From: an uncultured delta proteobacterium
GTDB taxonomy: Bacteria; Desulfobacterota; RBG-13-43-22
Assembly: GCA_963843145.1 (NCBI GenBank)
Contig: CAWJJC010000003.1
Location: 64,001 to 128,000 of the forward strand
Length of the DNA: 64,000 bases
Reading direction: 5' to 3'
The position numbers were made by a program, and so were the translations under genes. Below the pieces are notes generated by a model that ran no database searches, had not been told where the DNA came from, and worked only from the letters and a program-made list of their open reading frames with translations. Positions 47,548 through 55,839 of the stretch are shown here, one piece after another (within the stretch, counting starts at the first letter, position 1; every line of letters begins with the position of its first letter).

Positions 47548-49653
47548 TTAGAACTTAAACAGTTTTTCTATGAGCTGTGATTTCATTAAATCGCCTTCGA
47601 TCTTCAGTTTGCCCGAGGTATAGGCCTGCATGGCCGGAAGCTTTCCGGACATGAGATTCAAAAAGTCTTCTGCGGACATCTTGATCGTGGTTGTCGGCTT
47701 TTCATGGAGGCCCGGGGTTACCGTGCAGGCGCCGTCCTTGATGGCGGTCGACCAATCCCCCCCGCTTTCTCCGGTGATGTGGAACTGAAAAACCACCTCC
47801 ACCCCGGCGGCCTTTTCCGCCTGGAAAGATCCGGGCATCCGGTCAAACACCGATTGGACGGTGGCCTCGGGGGGCGGGGCCGGGGCGGTCTTAGATTGGG
47901 GTTCGGGTCCGGTGAGCATGACTCCCAAGGCCTCGGTGGCATTGTAAAATTCCCGGGCGTCCTCCATTCGGAGGATGTCCGCCAGACGGCCGACCACGGT
48001 TTCCGGGGTGGGCACGGTCGACCCGTCGCTGAGCATGGCCCCCGGCCCGGAGACTACCGCCGCCCGATTGAAATACCCCATCCCGGCGTTATAGACGGCG
48101 CCGCTGACCGGGCATTGTTCGGAACAGAGGTAGAGGACCAGGGGAGCGACAAATTCAGGTTTGAGTTTCTCGAACAGGTCCGGCGGCAGGATATCCTCGG
48201 TCAGCCGGGTGGCGGCTATGGGGGCTACGGTATTGACCTTGACGTCATATTTTTCGCCTTCCAGCTTCAGGGTATTCATCAGCCCCACCAGTCCCATTTT
48301 GGCGGCCGAGTAGTTGGTTTGCCCGAAATTGCCGTACAGCCCGGCGGCCGAGGTGGTCATAATAATCCGTCCGTATTTGTTTTCCTTCATCTGCCGGAAG
48401 GCCGGACGGGTCACGTAATAGGCCCCGTCCAGGTGGACGGACTTGACCGCCTCCCAATCCGGCGGATCCATCTTCAGGAAAGTTTTATCCCTGAGGATCC
48501 CGGCATTGTTGATCAGGATATCCACCCGGCCGAAGGCCTCCAGTGCCCGGGCGACAATGGCTTCGCCGCCTTCCGGCGTGGAGACGGAGTCGAAGCTGGC
48601 CACGGCCTCGCCGCCCAGGGCCTTGATCTCTTCCACCACCCGATCGGCCGGGTTGGCGGAACCGGTCCCGGATCCATCCCGGGCGCCGCCCAGGTCGTTG
48701 ACCACCACCCGGGCGCCCCGTTTGGCCAGCTCCAGGGCATAGACCCGGCCCAAACCGGCCCCGGCCCCGGTCACGATGGCTACGCGGCCGTCGAAGCGAA
48801 TCGCCTCCTGGGGGACTTCCCCGTATTCAAAGACCCCATTGTCGATAATCACCTCGCCCGTGTCCGCTTGAATGACCCGCCAGAAGGCCTGGCCCCCATT
48901 CATTTTCCAGATCAGGGTTTTGATCGGGTTTCCCGGGATCAGGGGACTGCGGAAGCGGTTGACCATCCGGCGTGCCTTTTCCGGGGCCCCGGGGATAAGC
49001 TGCTGGATCAAGGCCCGGCAGGCATACCCGTGAGTGCAGAGTCCGTGCATAATGGGCCGGGAGAACCCGGCCATTTTGGCGAATTCCGCGTCCACATGGA
49101 GGGCGAAGATATCACCGGAAAGGCGATAAATCAGCGGTTGATCGACCGAGGGGCTGGCCGAAATCTCATAATCCGGGGGCCGGTCCGGAAAGGAAAACGT
49201 CCGCTGCGGGGCCTCCTCCCCCCCGAAACCCCCGTCCCGGCGCGCGAAGACTGTTACGATACTGGTGAAAAGCTTCCGGCCGCCTTCATCACGGGTGTCA
49301 AACTCGGCCAGGATCAGGGCGCCCTTGCCCGGGCCTTTGTCGTAAAAGTGGGTTATGGACCCCTCGGTGATCAGCTTCCCCTCCGGGGGGATGGGGTGGT
49401 GAAAGATCAACTCCTGCTCTCCATGGAGGACGCCGGCCAGATTGACGTTGCTTAGTGCCGCCAGTTCGGGCATGAAATCGTAAAGGGTCACAATGCCGAA
49501 ACTCGGCAGGACTTTGAGCTCTTTTTCGTAACAGTACTCCAGATCGGAAAAGCCTGCTCCCACGCCCAAGGCGTAGAGGACCGTGTCCTTCCAGGTGTAG
49601 TCTTTGGAAAAGGGGCCGATCTTTTTTCCTATGCCGTCCAAGTTAAGGGCCAT
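47548..49653 (-). CDS. MaoC-type hydratase + SDR dehydrogenase + SCP2 fusion (MFE-2-like)
   Basis: [47 protein letters not shown]-terminal SCP2. Confidence 0.92.
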   Translation of the reverse strand: MALNLDGIGKKIGPFSKDYTWKDTVLYALGVGAGFSDLEYCYEKELKVLPSFGIVTLYDFMPELAALSNVNLAGVLHGEQELIFHHPIPPEGKLITEGSITHFYDKGPGKGALILAEFDTRDEGGRKLFTSIVTVFARRDGGFGGEEAPQRTFSFPDRPPDYEISASPSVDQPLIYRLSGDIFALHVDAEFAKMAGFSRPIMHGLCTHGYACRALIQQLIPGAPEKARRMVNRFRSPLIPGNPIKTLIWKMNGGQAFWRVIQADTGEVIIDNGVFEYGEVPQEAIRFDGRVAIVTGAGAGLGRVYALELAKRGARVVVNDLGGARDGSGTGSANPADRVVEEIKALGGEAVASFDSVSTPEGGEAIVARALEAFGRVDILINNAGILRDKTFLKMDPPDWEAVKSVHLDGAYYVTRPAFRQMKENKYGRIIMTTSAAGLYGNFGQTNYSAAKMGLVGLMNTLKLEGEKYDVKVNTVAPIAATRLTEDILPPDLFEKLKPEFVAPLVLYLCSEQCPVSGAVYNAGMGYFNRAAVVSGPGAMLSDGSTVPTPETVVGRLADILRMEDAREFYNATEALGVMLTGPEPQSKTAPAPPPEATVQSVFDRMPGSFQAEKAAGVEVVFQFHITGESGGDWSTAIKDGACTVTPGLHEKPTTTIKMSAEDFLNLMSGKLPAMQAYTSGKLKIEGDLMKSQLIEKLFKF

Positions 49654-49690
49654 CTTTTTTCCTCCAGGTTAATGTCTTTCAACTTAGGAA

Positions 49691-50353
49691 TTAGGCGGAT
49701 GGAGACTGCCGGCCCGGTTTTCTGCCCCCTCGGTCGAAAGCCGGGATCAAGATAAATTTCAAAGTCTCCTTGGCCAGCGAAATGTATTCCGGGCGTTCGA
49801 TTTTGAGAAGGGATCGGAAAAAGTTTTCGCCGGAAATAAAATTATGTATGGCATTCATGATGACCAGGACCTGCATTTTAACGGAGGCGGAGACGTTTTC
49901 CTTATCCCGGCTGAGACCCATGGAGCGGGCAATATCGGAAATGAATTCCGGGACCCTGAAATCCAGGCTGGTTTCGGGGCGGGTTTTGCCGAAGTAGCGG
50001 AACAGGACCAGGTTGGATATCTCCGGATGGCGGAAGAGAAAGTCCACTATCCGGTCGATGGATAGCTCCATCCGCCGGGCCAGGGGCCGCCCGTGGATTA
50101 CTTTTTCCACCGCCACCAGTTGCTGCCGCAGGTCCTCGTTGATATCTAAAACCACGGCCTCGTACAGGTCCCCCTTTTCACCCCAATGATAATAAAGAGT
50201 GGAAATGTCGATACCCACCCGTTGGGCGATCATTCGGGTGGTCGTTCCGTGATAGCCGTATTCTCCGAAAAGCTGCCGAGCTATCTTGAGGATCCGGGCC
50301 TTCATGGATTCCGGATCTCGACGAGCTTTTTCCAACGGGGTGCTCACGGCCAT
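49691..50353 (-). CDS. TetR/AcrR family transcriptional regulator
   Basis: LFGEYGYHGTTTRMIAQRVGIDISTLYYHW HTH; GGAG RBS before the ATG at 50353. Confidence 0.92.
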   Translation of the reverse strand: MAVSTPLEKARRDPESMKARILKIARQLFGEYGYHGTTTRMIAQRVGIDISTLYYHWGEKGDLYEAVVLDINEDLRQQLVAVEKVIHGRPLARRMELSIDRIVDFLFRHPEISNLVLFRYFGKTRPETSLDFRVPEFISDIARSMGLSRDKENVSASVKMQVLVIMNAIHNFISGENFFRSLLKIERPEYISLAKETLKFILIPAFDRGGRKPGRQSPSA

Positions 50354-50368
50354 TCTCCATATAATGTT

Positions 50369-50415
50369 TCCATCGATTGATGGAGAAAGCGTAGCATGAT
50401 CAGGGATAAAGTCAA
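50369..50415 (-). promoter_or_regulatory. Sigma70 promoter (TTGACT-N16-TACGCT) with palindrome TCCATC-N4-GATGGA over the start site; likely TetR operator
   Basis: -35 at 50415-50410, -10 at 50393-50388, inverted repeat at 50369-50384. Confidence 0.6.
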
Positions 50416-50474
50416 GGGAATATTTTTTCTGGAAAGGTGATTTCCAGCTCATTGAGCAGCAAATGCTCAAAAAA

Positions 50475-50627
50475 CAGGGGATCACGAACCCGCCACCAAG
50501 GGAAACTGGGCGGCCCGAAATGGGTTGATCAAATTAAATGGTAGCAAAATTACAACGTTCGATAATACCGGAGGCCAGATCCCCTGCTCCGAACCGTAAC
50601 TTGCCGGGTGCCCGATGTTGGCATCGG
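50475..50627 (+). ncRNA. Candidate structured leader RNA, possibly a degenerate GEMM-type riboswitch
   Basis: Nested stems (caggggatc/gatcccctg; aaccc/gggtt; GAAA-containing loops) plus cgataatac...gccgggtgcccga. Confidence 0.3.
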
Positions 50628-50701
50628 TCTTGCAAAATAACCTATCCTAGAAAGGGGTATAGGGTAGATTGACCTTAGAGCAGGCCTTGGAGGCCGTCGG
50701 G

Positions 50702-50754
50702 GCTCGGCGGGCCTAGCGGTCAGGGAGGGGTACCCACGCCAAAGGGCGAAGCGT
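50702..50754 (-). repeat. Partial copy of the dispersed repeat
   Basis: cggcgggcc...ggggtacccacgccaaagggcgaagcgt is colinear with 37119-37169. Confidence 0.65.
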
Positions 50755-50773
50755 TTAAAAAAGGGAAGGCATC

Positions 50774-51175
50774 ATGGGAATAAAACGCCATTCAGGTTCA
50801 TCTCCAAAACCGGATGGGTTTACTCTGTTGGAAACGGTGATCGCTTTGGGCCTTTTCACCTTGGTCCTTTTATTTTCCACCAATACCTTGATAACCGTCA
50901 TCAAGACCAATGCCCTCAGCCAAAATCGAACGGGGGCCTTGGCCCTGGCTCAGGGGAAAATGGAGTCTCTGAAGTCGCAACCGGTGTCGCTCCTCAGGGG
51001 GGAAACAGAGCCTCAGGTGACCAATGGAAACCTGCCGGTGCTATACCGTCGAGAAACCTCCATTAGTCCGGGGACACCCATGGGCTGTGTCCTGGTGACC
51101 GTGAAGGTTACTTGGCCTTCGGAAACGGCGTCCAACCCCCACAAGGTAGAATTGGCTACCCTGATAGCGGAGTGA
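50774..51175 (+). CDS. Type IV minor pilin-like protein (PilV-like, prepilin N-methylation motif)
   Basis: DGFTLLETVIAL cleavage motif, ALAQGKMESLK, VTVKVTW. Confidence 0.85.
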   Translation: MGIKRHSGSSPKPDGFTLLETVIALGLFTLVLLFSTNTLITVIKTNALSQNRTGALALAQGKMESLKSQPVSLLRGETEPQVTNGNLPVLYRRETSISPGTPMGCVLVTVKVTWPSETASNPHKVELATLIAE

Positions 51176-51213
51176 GAAAAACGGCCGCTTCGCCGGAAGG
51201 GGCACTGAAAAAG

Positions 51214-51255
51214 ATGAACGTCGAACATCGAACTTCCAACATCGAACATCGAATG
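51214..51255. repeat. Left 7-nt periodic arm (AACATCG) of the four-helix-bundle cassette
   Basis: atgaacgtcgaacatcgaacttccaacatcgaacatcgaatg. Confidence 0.85.
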
Positions 51256-51269
51256 CTCAGTGGGGAAAG

Positions 51270-51608
51270 ATGAAGAAACAGACTTATGATCTGGAAGAAA
51301 GGCTGCTCGAGTTTTCGGTCAGAATAATAAAAATCGTTGAACGGCTTCCCAATACCAGAACAATCGGCCATGTTGCGGGCCAATTGTTAAAATCGGGGAC
51401 TTCACCTTATCCAAACCATGGGGAAGCCCAAGCAGCGGAGTCCCCAAAGGACTTTATCCATAAGCTTCGTATCTCATTAAAGGAACTTAGGGAGACCCAG
51501 AGATGGTTAAAACTTATTCAGCGTTGGACGTTCGATGTTCAATGTTCGATGTTGATCTCGTCGAAAGCAATTGACACCTGGAATGGATTCTTAGAGAATA
51601 CCGACTGA
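51270..51608 (+). pseudogene. Four-helix-bundle protein (23S rRNA IVS-protein family), apparently 3'-truncated after ...WLKLIQR
   Basis: DLEERLLEFSVRII, QLLKSGTS, EAQAAESPKDFIHKLRISLKELRET..WL; the frame then runs into the inverted repeat arm instead of a final helix. Confidence 0.75.
51522..51556. repeat. Right, inverted 7-nt periodic arm (CGATGTT)
   Basis: cgttggacgttcgatgttcaatgttcgatgttgat is a reverse-complement match to 51214-51255. Confidence 0.85.
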
Positions 51609-51621
51609 TTGCGAGGGCATC

Positions 51622-53286
51622 TTGTTGAAAAACCAAAAGACCAAACCGCGAACTTCCCCATCCCCCGTAAAACCAAAAGGGAGCGGGAAGCCCAAAGTTT
51701 CTCTCCGTAAAGATCCGCCCGGACGTCAGGGAGTTCTGCGTCAACTCCAGGTGGCTGAGGAAAAACTGCGACGGACCGAGCACCGCTACCGGACCCTGAT
51801 CGAAAGTATACCGGACATTATCTACACCCTCGAATTGGATGGGTCCTTGAGTTATATCAGCCCCCGCTGGAAAAAAATCCTCGGTCACGACGAGTCCGAA
51901 GTGTTGGGTCGGTTTTTTATTGAATTTGCCCCTCCGGAGGATCATCCTTTTTTGGTTCGAGTATTTAAGGATGTCCGGAACCACAAAAAAAACGTGGAGA
52001 ACGTCCATTGGCATTATTTAAAGAAGGATGGGACCAGTCGGTTTTTCTTAGGCAGCGCGGCTCCACTTTACGATGAGGAAGGACGGGTGACCGGGATGAT
52101 CGGCATGGCCCGGGACGTAACCGACCATAAAAGGGTGGAGGAACAGCTCCTGCAGTCGCAAAAAATGGAATCTATCGGCAACCTGGCTGGGGGGATTGCC
52201 CATGGCTTCAACAACCTCCTGGGGGGTATTTTAGGTTACGCGACCTTTGTAAAAAGAAAACTTTCAACCCGGGATAAAATCTATCAGTCGGTCGAGGCAA
52301 TTGAGCGATCGGCCCAAAGAGCGGCGGAGTTGACCAAACAGTTATTGGGGTTCGCCCGCCGGGGGAAATACCAGGTCAGGCCCATCGACTGTAACGCCTT
52401 AATCCAGGAAATTGTCCTCATCCTCCAGCGAACCATTGATCCCCGGATTGCCATAGAGGTGGACCCCGACCCTCGGCTAGCCCTTATTGAGGGGGACGAG
52501 ACCCAAGTCCAGCAGGCCCTGATGAATATCTGCCTTAATGCCCGAGATGCCATGCCCAAAGGGGGGACTTTAAAGATTGCCAGCCGGAATCAGCGGATGA
52601 TCCCGGATCAGGCTTCCCGTCAGCGGGGAATGAAGGAAGGGAGTTATATCCGCCTGACCCTTGCGGATACCGGGACCGGCATGAGTCCTGAGGTCCGGAA
52701 CCGAATTTTTGAGCCTTTCTTCACCACCAAGGCCAAAGGTCAGGGGACCGGACTGGGGCTTTCCATGGTCTACGGCATCATCCAGAACCATGGGGGAACG
52801 ATTGAAGTGCAAAGTCACACCGGGACAGGCAGCACCTTTACGGTATTCCTCCCGGCCGTAGCTCCCGTCGCCTTGAATGGTGAAGAGGTTCCCCCGGTTC
52901 CGGATACGCATCAGGGGAAGGAAACCATTCTTTTAGTGGATGACGAGGAAATCATTCGGGATTTGGGGGTCGACCTTTTGGAAGACCGCGGGTATCGAGT
53001 CTTTTCAACATCTGAGGGAAGGGAGGCGGTCAGGATTTACCGGAAACGGGCTCGCGAAATCGACTTAGTTATTCTGGACGTGATGATGCCCGGGATCGGG
53101 GGAAAGGAAACCTATAGGCAATTAAGGGCGATAAATCCGCAGGTTAAAGTGTTGCTTTCTTCCGGGTACAGTACCGAAGGTGAAGTAGGCGAGATCCTTA
53201 AACAGGGCGTTTCCGGTTTCGTTCAAAAGCCCTATCGGGAGGAAGAGCTGGCCGCCAAGGTTCGGGAAGTTTTAGACGCTCCATAA
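51622..53286 (+). CDS. Cytoplasmic hybrid histidine kinase (PAS-HisKA-HATPase-REC, CckA-like)
   Basis: PAS ending RDVTD, QSQKMESIGNLAGGIAH, NICLNARDAM, EPFFTTK, GTGLGL, LVDDE, LDVMMP. Confidence 0.93.
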   Translation: MLKNQKTKPRTSPSPVKPKGSGKPKVSLRKDPPGRQGVLRQLQVAEEKLRRTEHRYRTLIESIPDIIYTLELDGSLSYISPRWKKILGHDESEVLGRFFIEFAPPEDHPFLVRVFKDVRNHKKNVENVHWHYLKKDGTSRFFLGSAAPLYDEEGRVTGMIGMARDVTDHKRVEEQLLQSQKMESIGNLAGGIAHGFNNLLGGILGYATFVKRKLSTRDKIYQSVEAIERSAQRAAELTKQLLGFARRGKYQVRPIDCNALIQEIVLILQRTIDPRIAIEVDPDPRLALIEGDETQVQQALMNICLNARDAMPKGGTLKIASRNQRMIPDQASRQRGMKEGSYIRLTLADTGTGMSPEVRNRIFEPFFTTKAKGQGTGLGLSMVYGIIQNHGGTIEVQSHTGTGSTFTVFLPAVAPVALNGEEVPPVPDTHQGKETILLVDDEEIIRDLGVDLLEDRGYRVFSTSEGREAVRIYRKRAREIDLVILDVMMPGIGGKETYRQLRAINPQVKVLLSSGYSTEGEVGEILKQGVSGFVQKPYREEELAAKVREVLDAP

Positions 53287-53326
53287 ATTCCTTGATTATC
53301 CCTGGGCATTGCGTTAAATTTTCTTG

Positions 53327-54046
53327 ATGCTAATTGAAGCCTTGACCATGCCGGAGTTTCATGAGCGGCTTCGGAGCAGCCGGACGGTTTTGATCCCGGT
53401 GGGCTCCGTGGAAGAACACGGCAATCATCTCCCCCTCGGTACCGATACTATCCACGCCTTTGAGGTCTGCCGCCTGGCCGGTGAACGAACCGGGGCCTTT
53501 GTCGCCCCGCCCGTCTATTACGGGGTTTGTCGCAGTACCAGCCAGCATCCGGGGACCCTGACCATCTCCGGAGATACTTTAAGGGCGTTGATTAAAGATA
53601 TCGGAGCGGCTCTTTATCAGCAAGGGTTGCGCAATATAATCATCCTTTCAGGCCATGCCGGGGGGACCCACACCTCGGCCTTGGTTGAAGCGGGGGAAGC
53701 TCTTCTGGAAAGGCTTCCTGAGGCTCGAGTCGCGGCCTTGAACATTTTGGACTTAGGGGCGGCCGTTTGGGAACCGATCATTGAAACCAAAGGGGATGCC
53801 CACGCGGGGGAACTGGAAACGTCGGTCATGATGGCCTTAAGACCAGGTTGGGTTAAGGGAAGTAGTCCGGAGGAGTACCCCAGCTTTCCAAAGGCCATTT
53901 TGGTCCGGAACAAAAGGAAATTCTGGCCGGGAGGAGTTTGGGGTGATCCGGCCAAGGCCTCGCTGGAAAAAGGCGCGGCTCTTTTGGAAGCAACTACCGG
54001 GGCGCTGGTGGAATTAATCAACCTACTGGAGCACGGAGAGAGTTAA
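53327..54046 (+). CDS. Creatininase/creatinine amidohydrolase family protein
   Basis: PVGSVEEHGNHLPLGTD, HPGTLT, SGHAGG, HAGELETS, GVWGDP. Confidence 0.92.
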   Translation: MLIEALTMPEFHERLRSSRTVLIPVGSVEEHGNHLPLGTDTIHAFEVCRLAGERTGAFVAPPVYYGVCRSTSQHPGTLTISGDTLRALIKDIGAALYQQGLRNIIILSGHAGGTHTSALVEAGEALLERLPEARVAALNILDLGAAVWEPIIETKGDAHAGELETSVMMALRPGWVKGSSPEEYPSFPKAILVRNKRKFWPGGVWGDPAKASLEKGAALLEATTGALVELINLLEHGES

Positions 54047-54053
54047 TAACGAT

Positions 54054-54563
54054 ATGAAAGTTAATAAAAAAATAGCATGTATGGCCCTGTTTTTTTTGAG
54101 CGCCCTTTGGTTTTCCTGGCCCTGGGAACAAGCAGCCTCAGGGACTCAAGGGTTGAAGGCTGTGCCCGACTTTATCCTGAAGGACCTCAGCCAAAAAAAA
54201 GTAAAATTAACCGATTTTAAGGGCAAAGTGGTTATTTTGAATTTTTTTGCCACCTGGTGCCCCCCCTGCCGGCTGGAAATTCCCGAGCTGGTTAAATTAT
54301 ACCGTTTGAATAAAGAGAAGGGGTTGGTGGTCCTCGGGATCTCCCTGGATGAGGACGTGCCTCCCCAAGATCTGATGACCTTCGTCAAGAATATGAAAAT
54401 TACCTACCCGATCTTGATGGGAACCAAGGATGTGCTGGAAAAGTATGAGATCGGCGGGGTACCTACCACTATACTTATCAATCGGGAGGGTAAGGCCTTT
54501 ACTCGCTATGACGGTTTGGTGCCGGCCAGCCGGTTCGAAAAAGATCTTAGTAAATTGCTGTAA
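54054..54563 (+). CDS. TlpA/ResA-family disulfide reductase
   Basis: N-terminal signal or anchor, LNFFATWCPPCR, GVPTTILI. Confidence 0.92.
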   Translation: MKVNKKIACMALFFLSALWFSWPWEQAASGTQGLKAVPDFILKDLSQKKVKLTDFKGKVVILNFFATWCPPCRLEIPELVKLYRLNKEKGLVVLGISLDEDVPPQDLMTFVKNMKITYPILMGTKDVLEKYEIGGVPTTILINREGKAFTRYDGLVPASRFEKDLSKLL

Positions 54564-54569
54564 TTTATA

Positions 54570-55028
54570 CTAAAGGAGCTTTTCACGCCGGAGGATTTGT
54601 TCAACCCGTTTTTTAACCTCAAAAGGTTGATCCAGGCCAAACCACCAAAGATCCGGCGATCCAGCCGTCGCGGGTTGGAATTGCAGATGGCCGATCCCGA
54701 CCAGACGGTGTACCACGCCCCGGCGGACGATCACGGAATCAATCTCAGCCAGAGGCATTTTTTTTACCTGAACCAGTCCCCCCCACCCGAATTCCCGGCT
54801 AAATATGCCGGCCCCGTATTTATAGGAAGAATATTGTCTGATCAGGATTATAAACGCAACCAATAGGGCGGCAATTACTCCCCCGATCTCGCGACTTATG
54901 GGTGCTTCGGGGTTTAAGAGCGGTCCGAGTCCAAAGATAACGATAGCCGCGTAAAAAACGAAATAACTTTTCCAGGACGGTTTCAGGCTTAATTCCTCCC
55001 GGGAGGAAGGGGCGGGTGCTGGTTCCAT
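54570..55028 (-). CDS. Membrane protein with bacterial PH domain (YdbT-like)
   Basis: Two TM helices then IDSVIVRRGVVHRLVGIGHL. Confidence 0.75.
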   Translation of the reverse strand: MEPAPAPSSREELSLKPSWKSYFVFYAAIVIFGLGPLLNPEAPISREIGGVIAALLVAFIILIRQYSSYKYGAGIFSREFGWGGLVQVKKMPLAEIDSVIVRRGVVHRLVGIGHLQFQPATAGSPDLWWFGLDQPFEVKKRVEQILRREKLL

Positions 55029-55089
55029 GGCTGGGAATACTCCTTAGCCGGCATATAATCATAACCCCGAAAATTATGCAATTTTTTTA

Positions 55090-55118
55090 TTGATTTTTTA
55101 GAAAAATATTATTATACT
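55090..55118 (+). promoter_or_regulatory. Sigma70 promoter of the tRNA-tuf operon
   Basis: TTGATT-N17-TATACT. Confidence 0.6.
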
Positions 55119-55186
55119 TATTGTTTTACATGCCCTGGAATAACGGGGAGATGGACAAATTATACGTAAATAGAAGGAGTTAAAAA

Positions 55187-55262
55187 GCCAGCGTAGCTCA
55201 GCAGGTAGAGCGACTGATTTGTAATCAGTTGGTCGGGGGTTCGAATCCCTTCGCTGGCTCCA
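55187..55262 (+). tRNA. tRNA-Thr(TGT)
   Basis: GCCAGCG acceptor stem, anticodon loop TTTGTAA, GGTTCGAATCC, CCA end. Confidence 0.96.
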
Positions 55263-55333
55263 GGTAGCGGGGCGGCAGGAGAATGTTCCTGCTGTGTCTT
55301 CCCTTGCTTTATTACCTTAAGTCCCTAATTTAA

Positions 55334-55418
55334 GGAGGGGTTCCCGAGCGGCCAAAGGGAACAGACTGTAAATCTGTCGGCCATGCCTTCGGAGGTTCGA
55401 ATCCTCCCCCCTCCACCA
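55334..55418 (+). tRNA. tRNA-Tyr(GTA)
   Basis: GGAGGGG acceptor, ACAGA-CTGTAAA-TCTGT, long variable arm, CCA. Confidence 0.96.
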
Positions 55419-55548
55419 GCCCGTTAGGATATGGTTTCCATTGGCAGGTTTTCCCGTCCAATGAAAGGTGTAGGAGATTAGGTTCGTTTAACTAAATTGG
55501 TTTGACTACAGCCATAAAATCCAGGTCTACGAAATTTTTCCAAATTAG

Positions 55549-55625
55549 GCGGGAGTAGCTCAGTTGGCTAGAGCGTCAGCCTTCCAAGCTGAGGGTCGCG
55601 GGTTCGAATCCCGTTTCCCGCTCCA
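55549..55625 (+). tRNA. tRNA-Gly(TCC)
   Basis: GCGGGAG acceptor, anticodon loop CTTCCAA, CCA. Confidence 0.96.
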
Positions 55626-55689
55626 TTAATCAGCGCCGCCGCCCTGGTTTTTTTCGGGCGGCCTGAGGCGAATCAAATATAAGGGAAAA

Positions 55690-55765
<76 letters not shown>

Positions 55766-55839
55766 GAAGGTATGAATCTTTCAACTCTTGATCAATTAAC
55801 AAGAACAGATTGAAAACTTAACGAAGGGGGACGAGACTG

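Noticed and set aside
51270-51608. Diversity-generating retroelement suggested by the Avd-like fold
   Set aside because: No reverse transcriptase and no template/variable repeat pair differing at adenines in the window.
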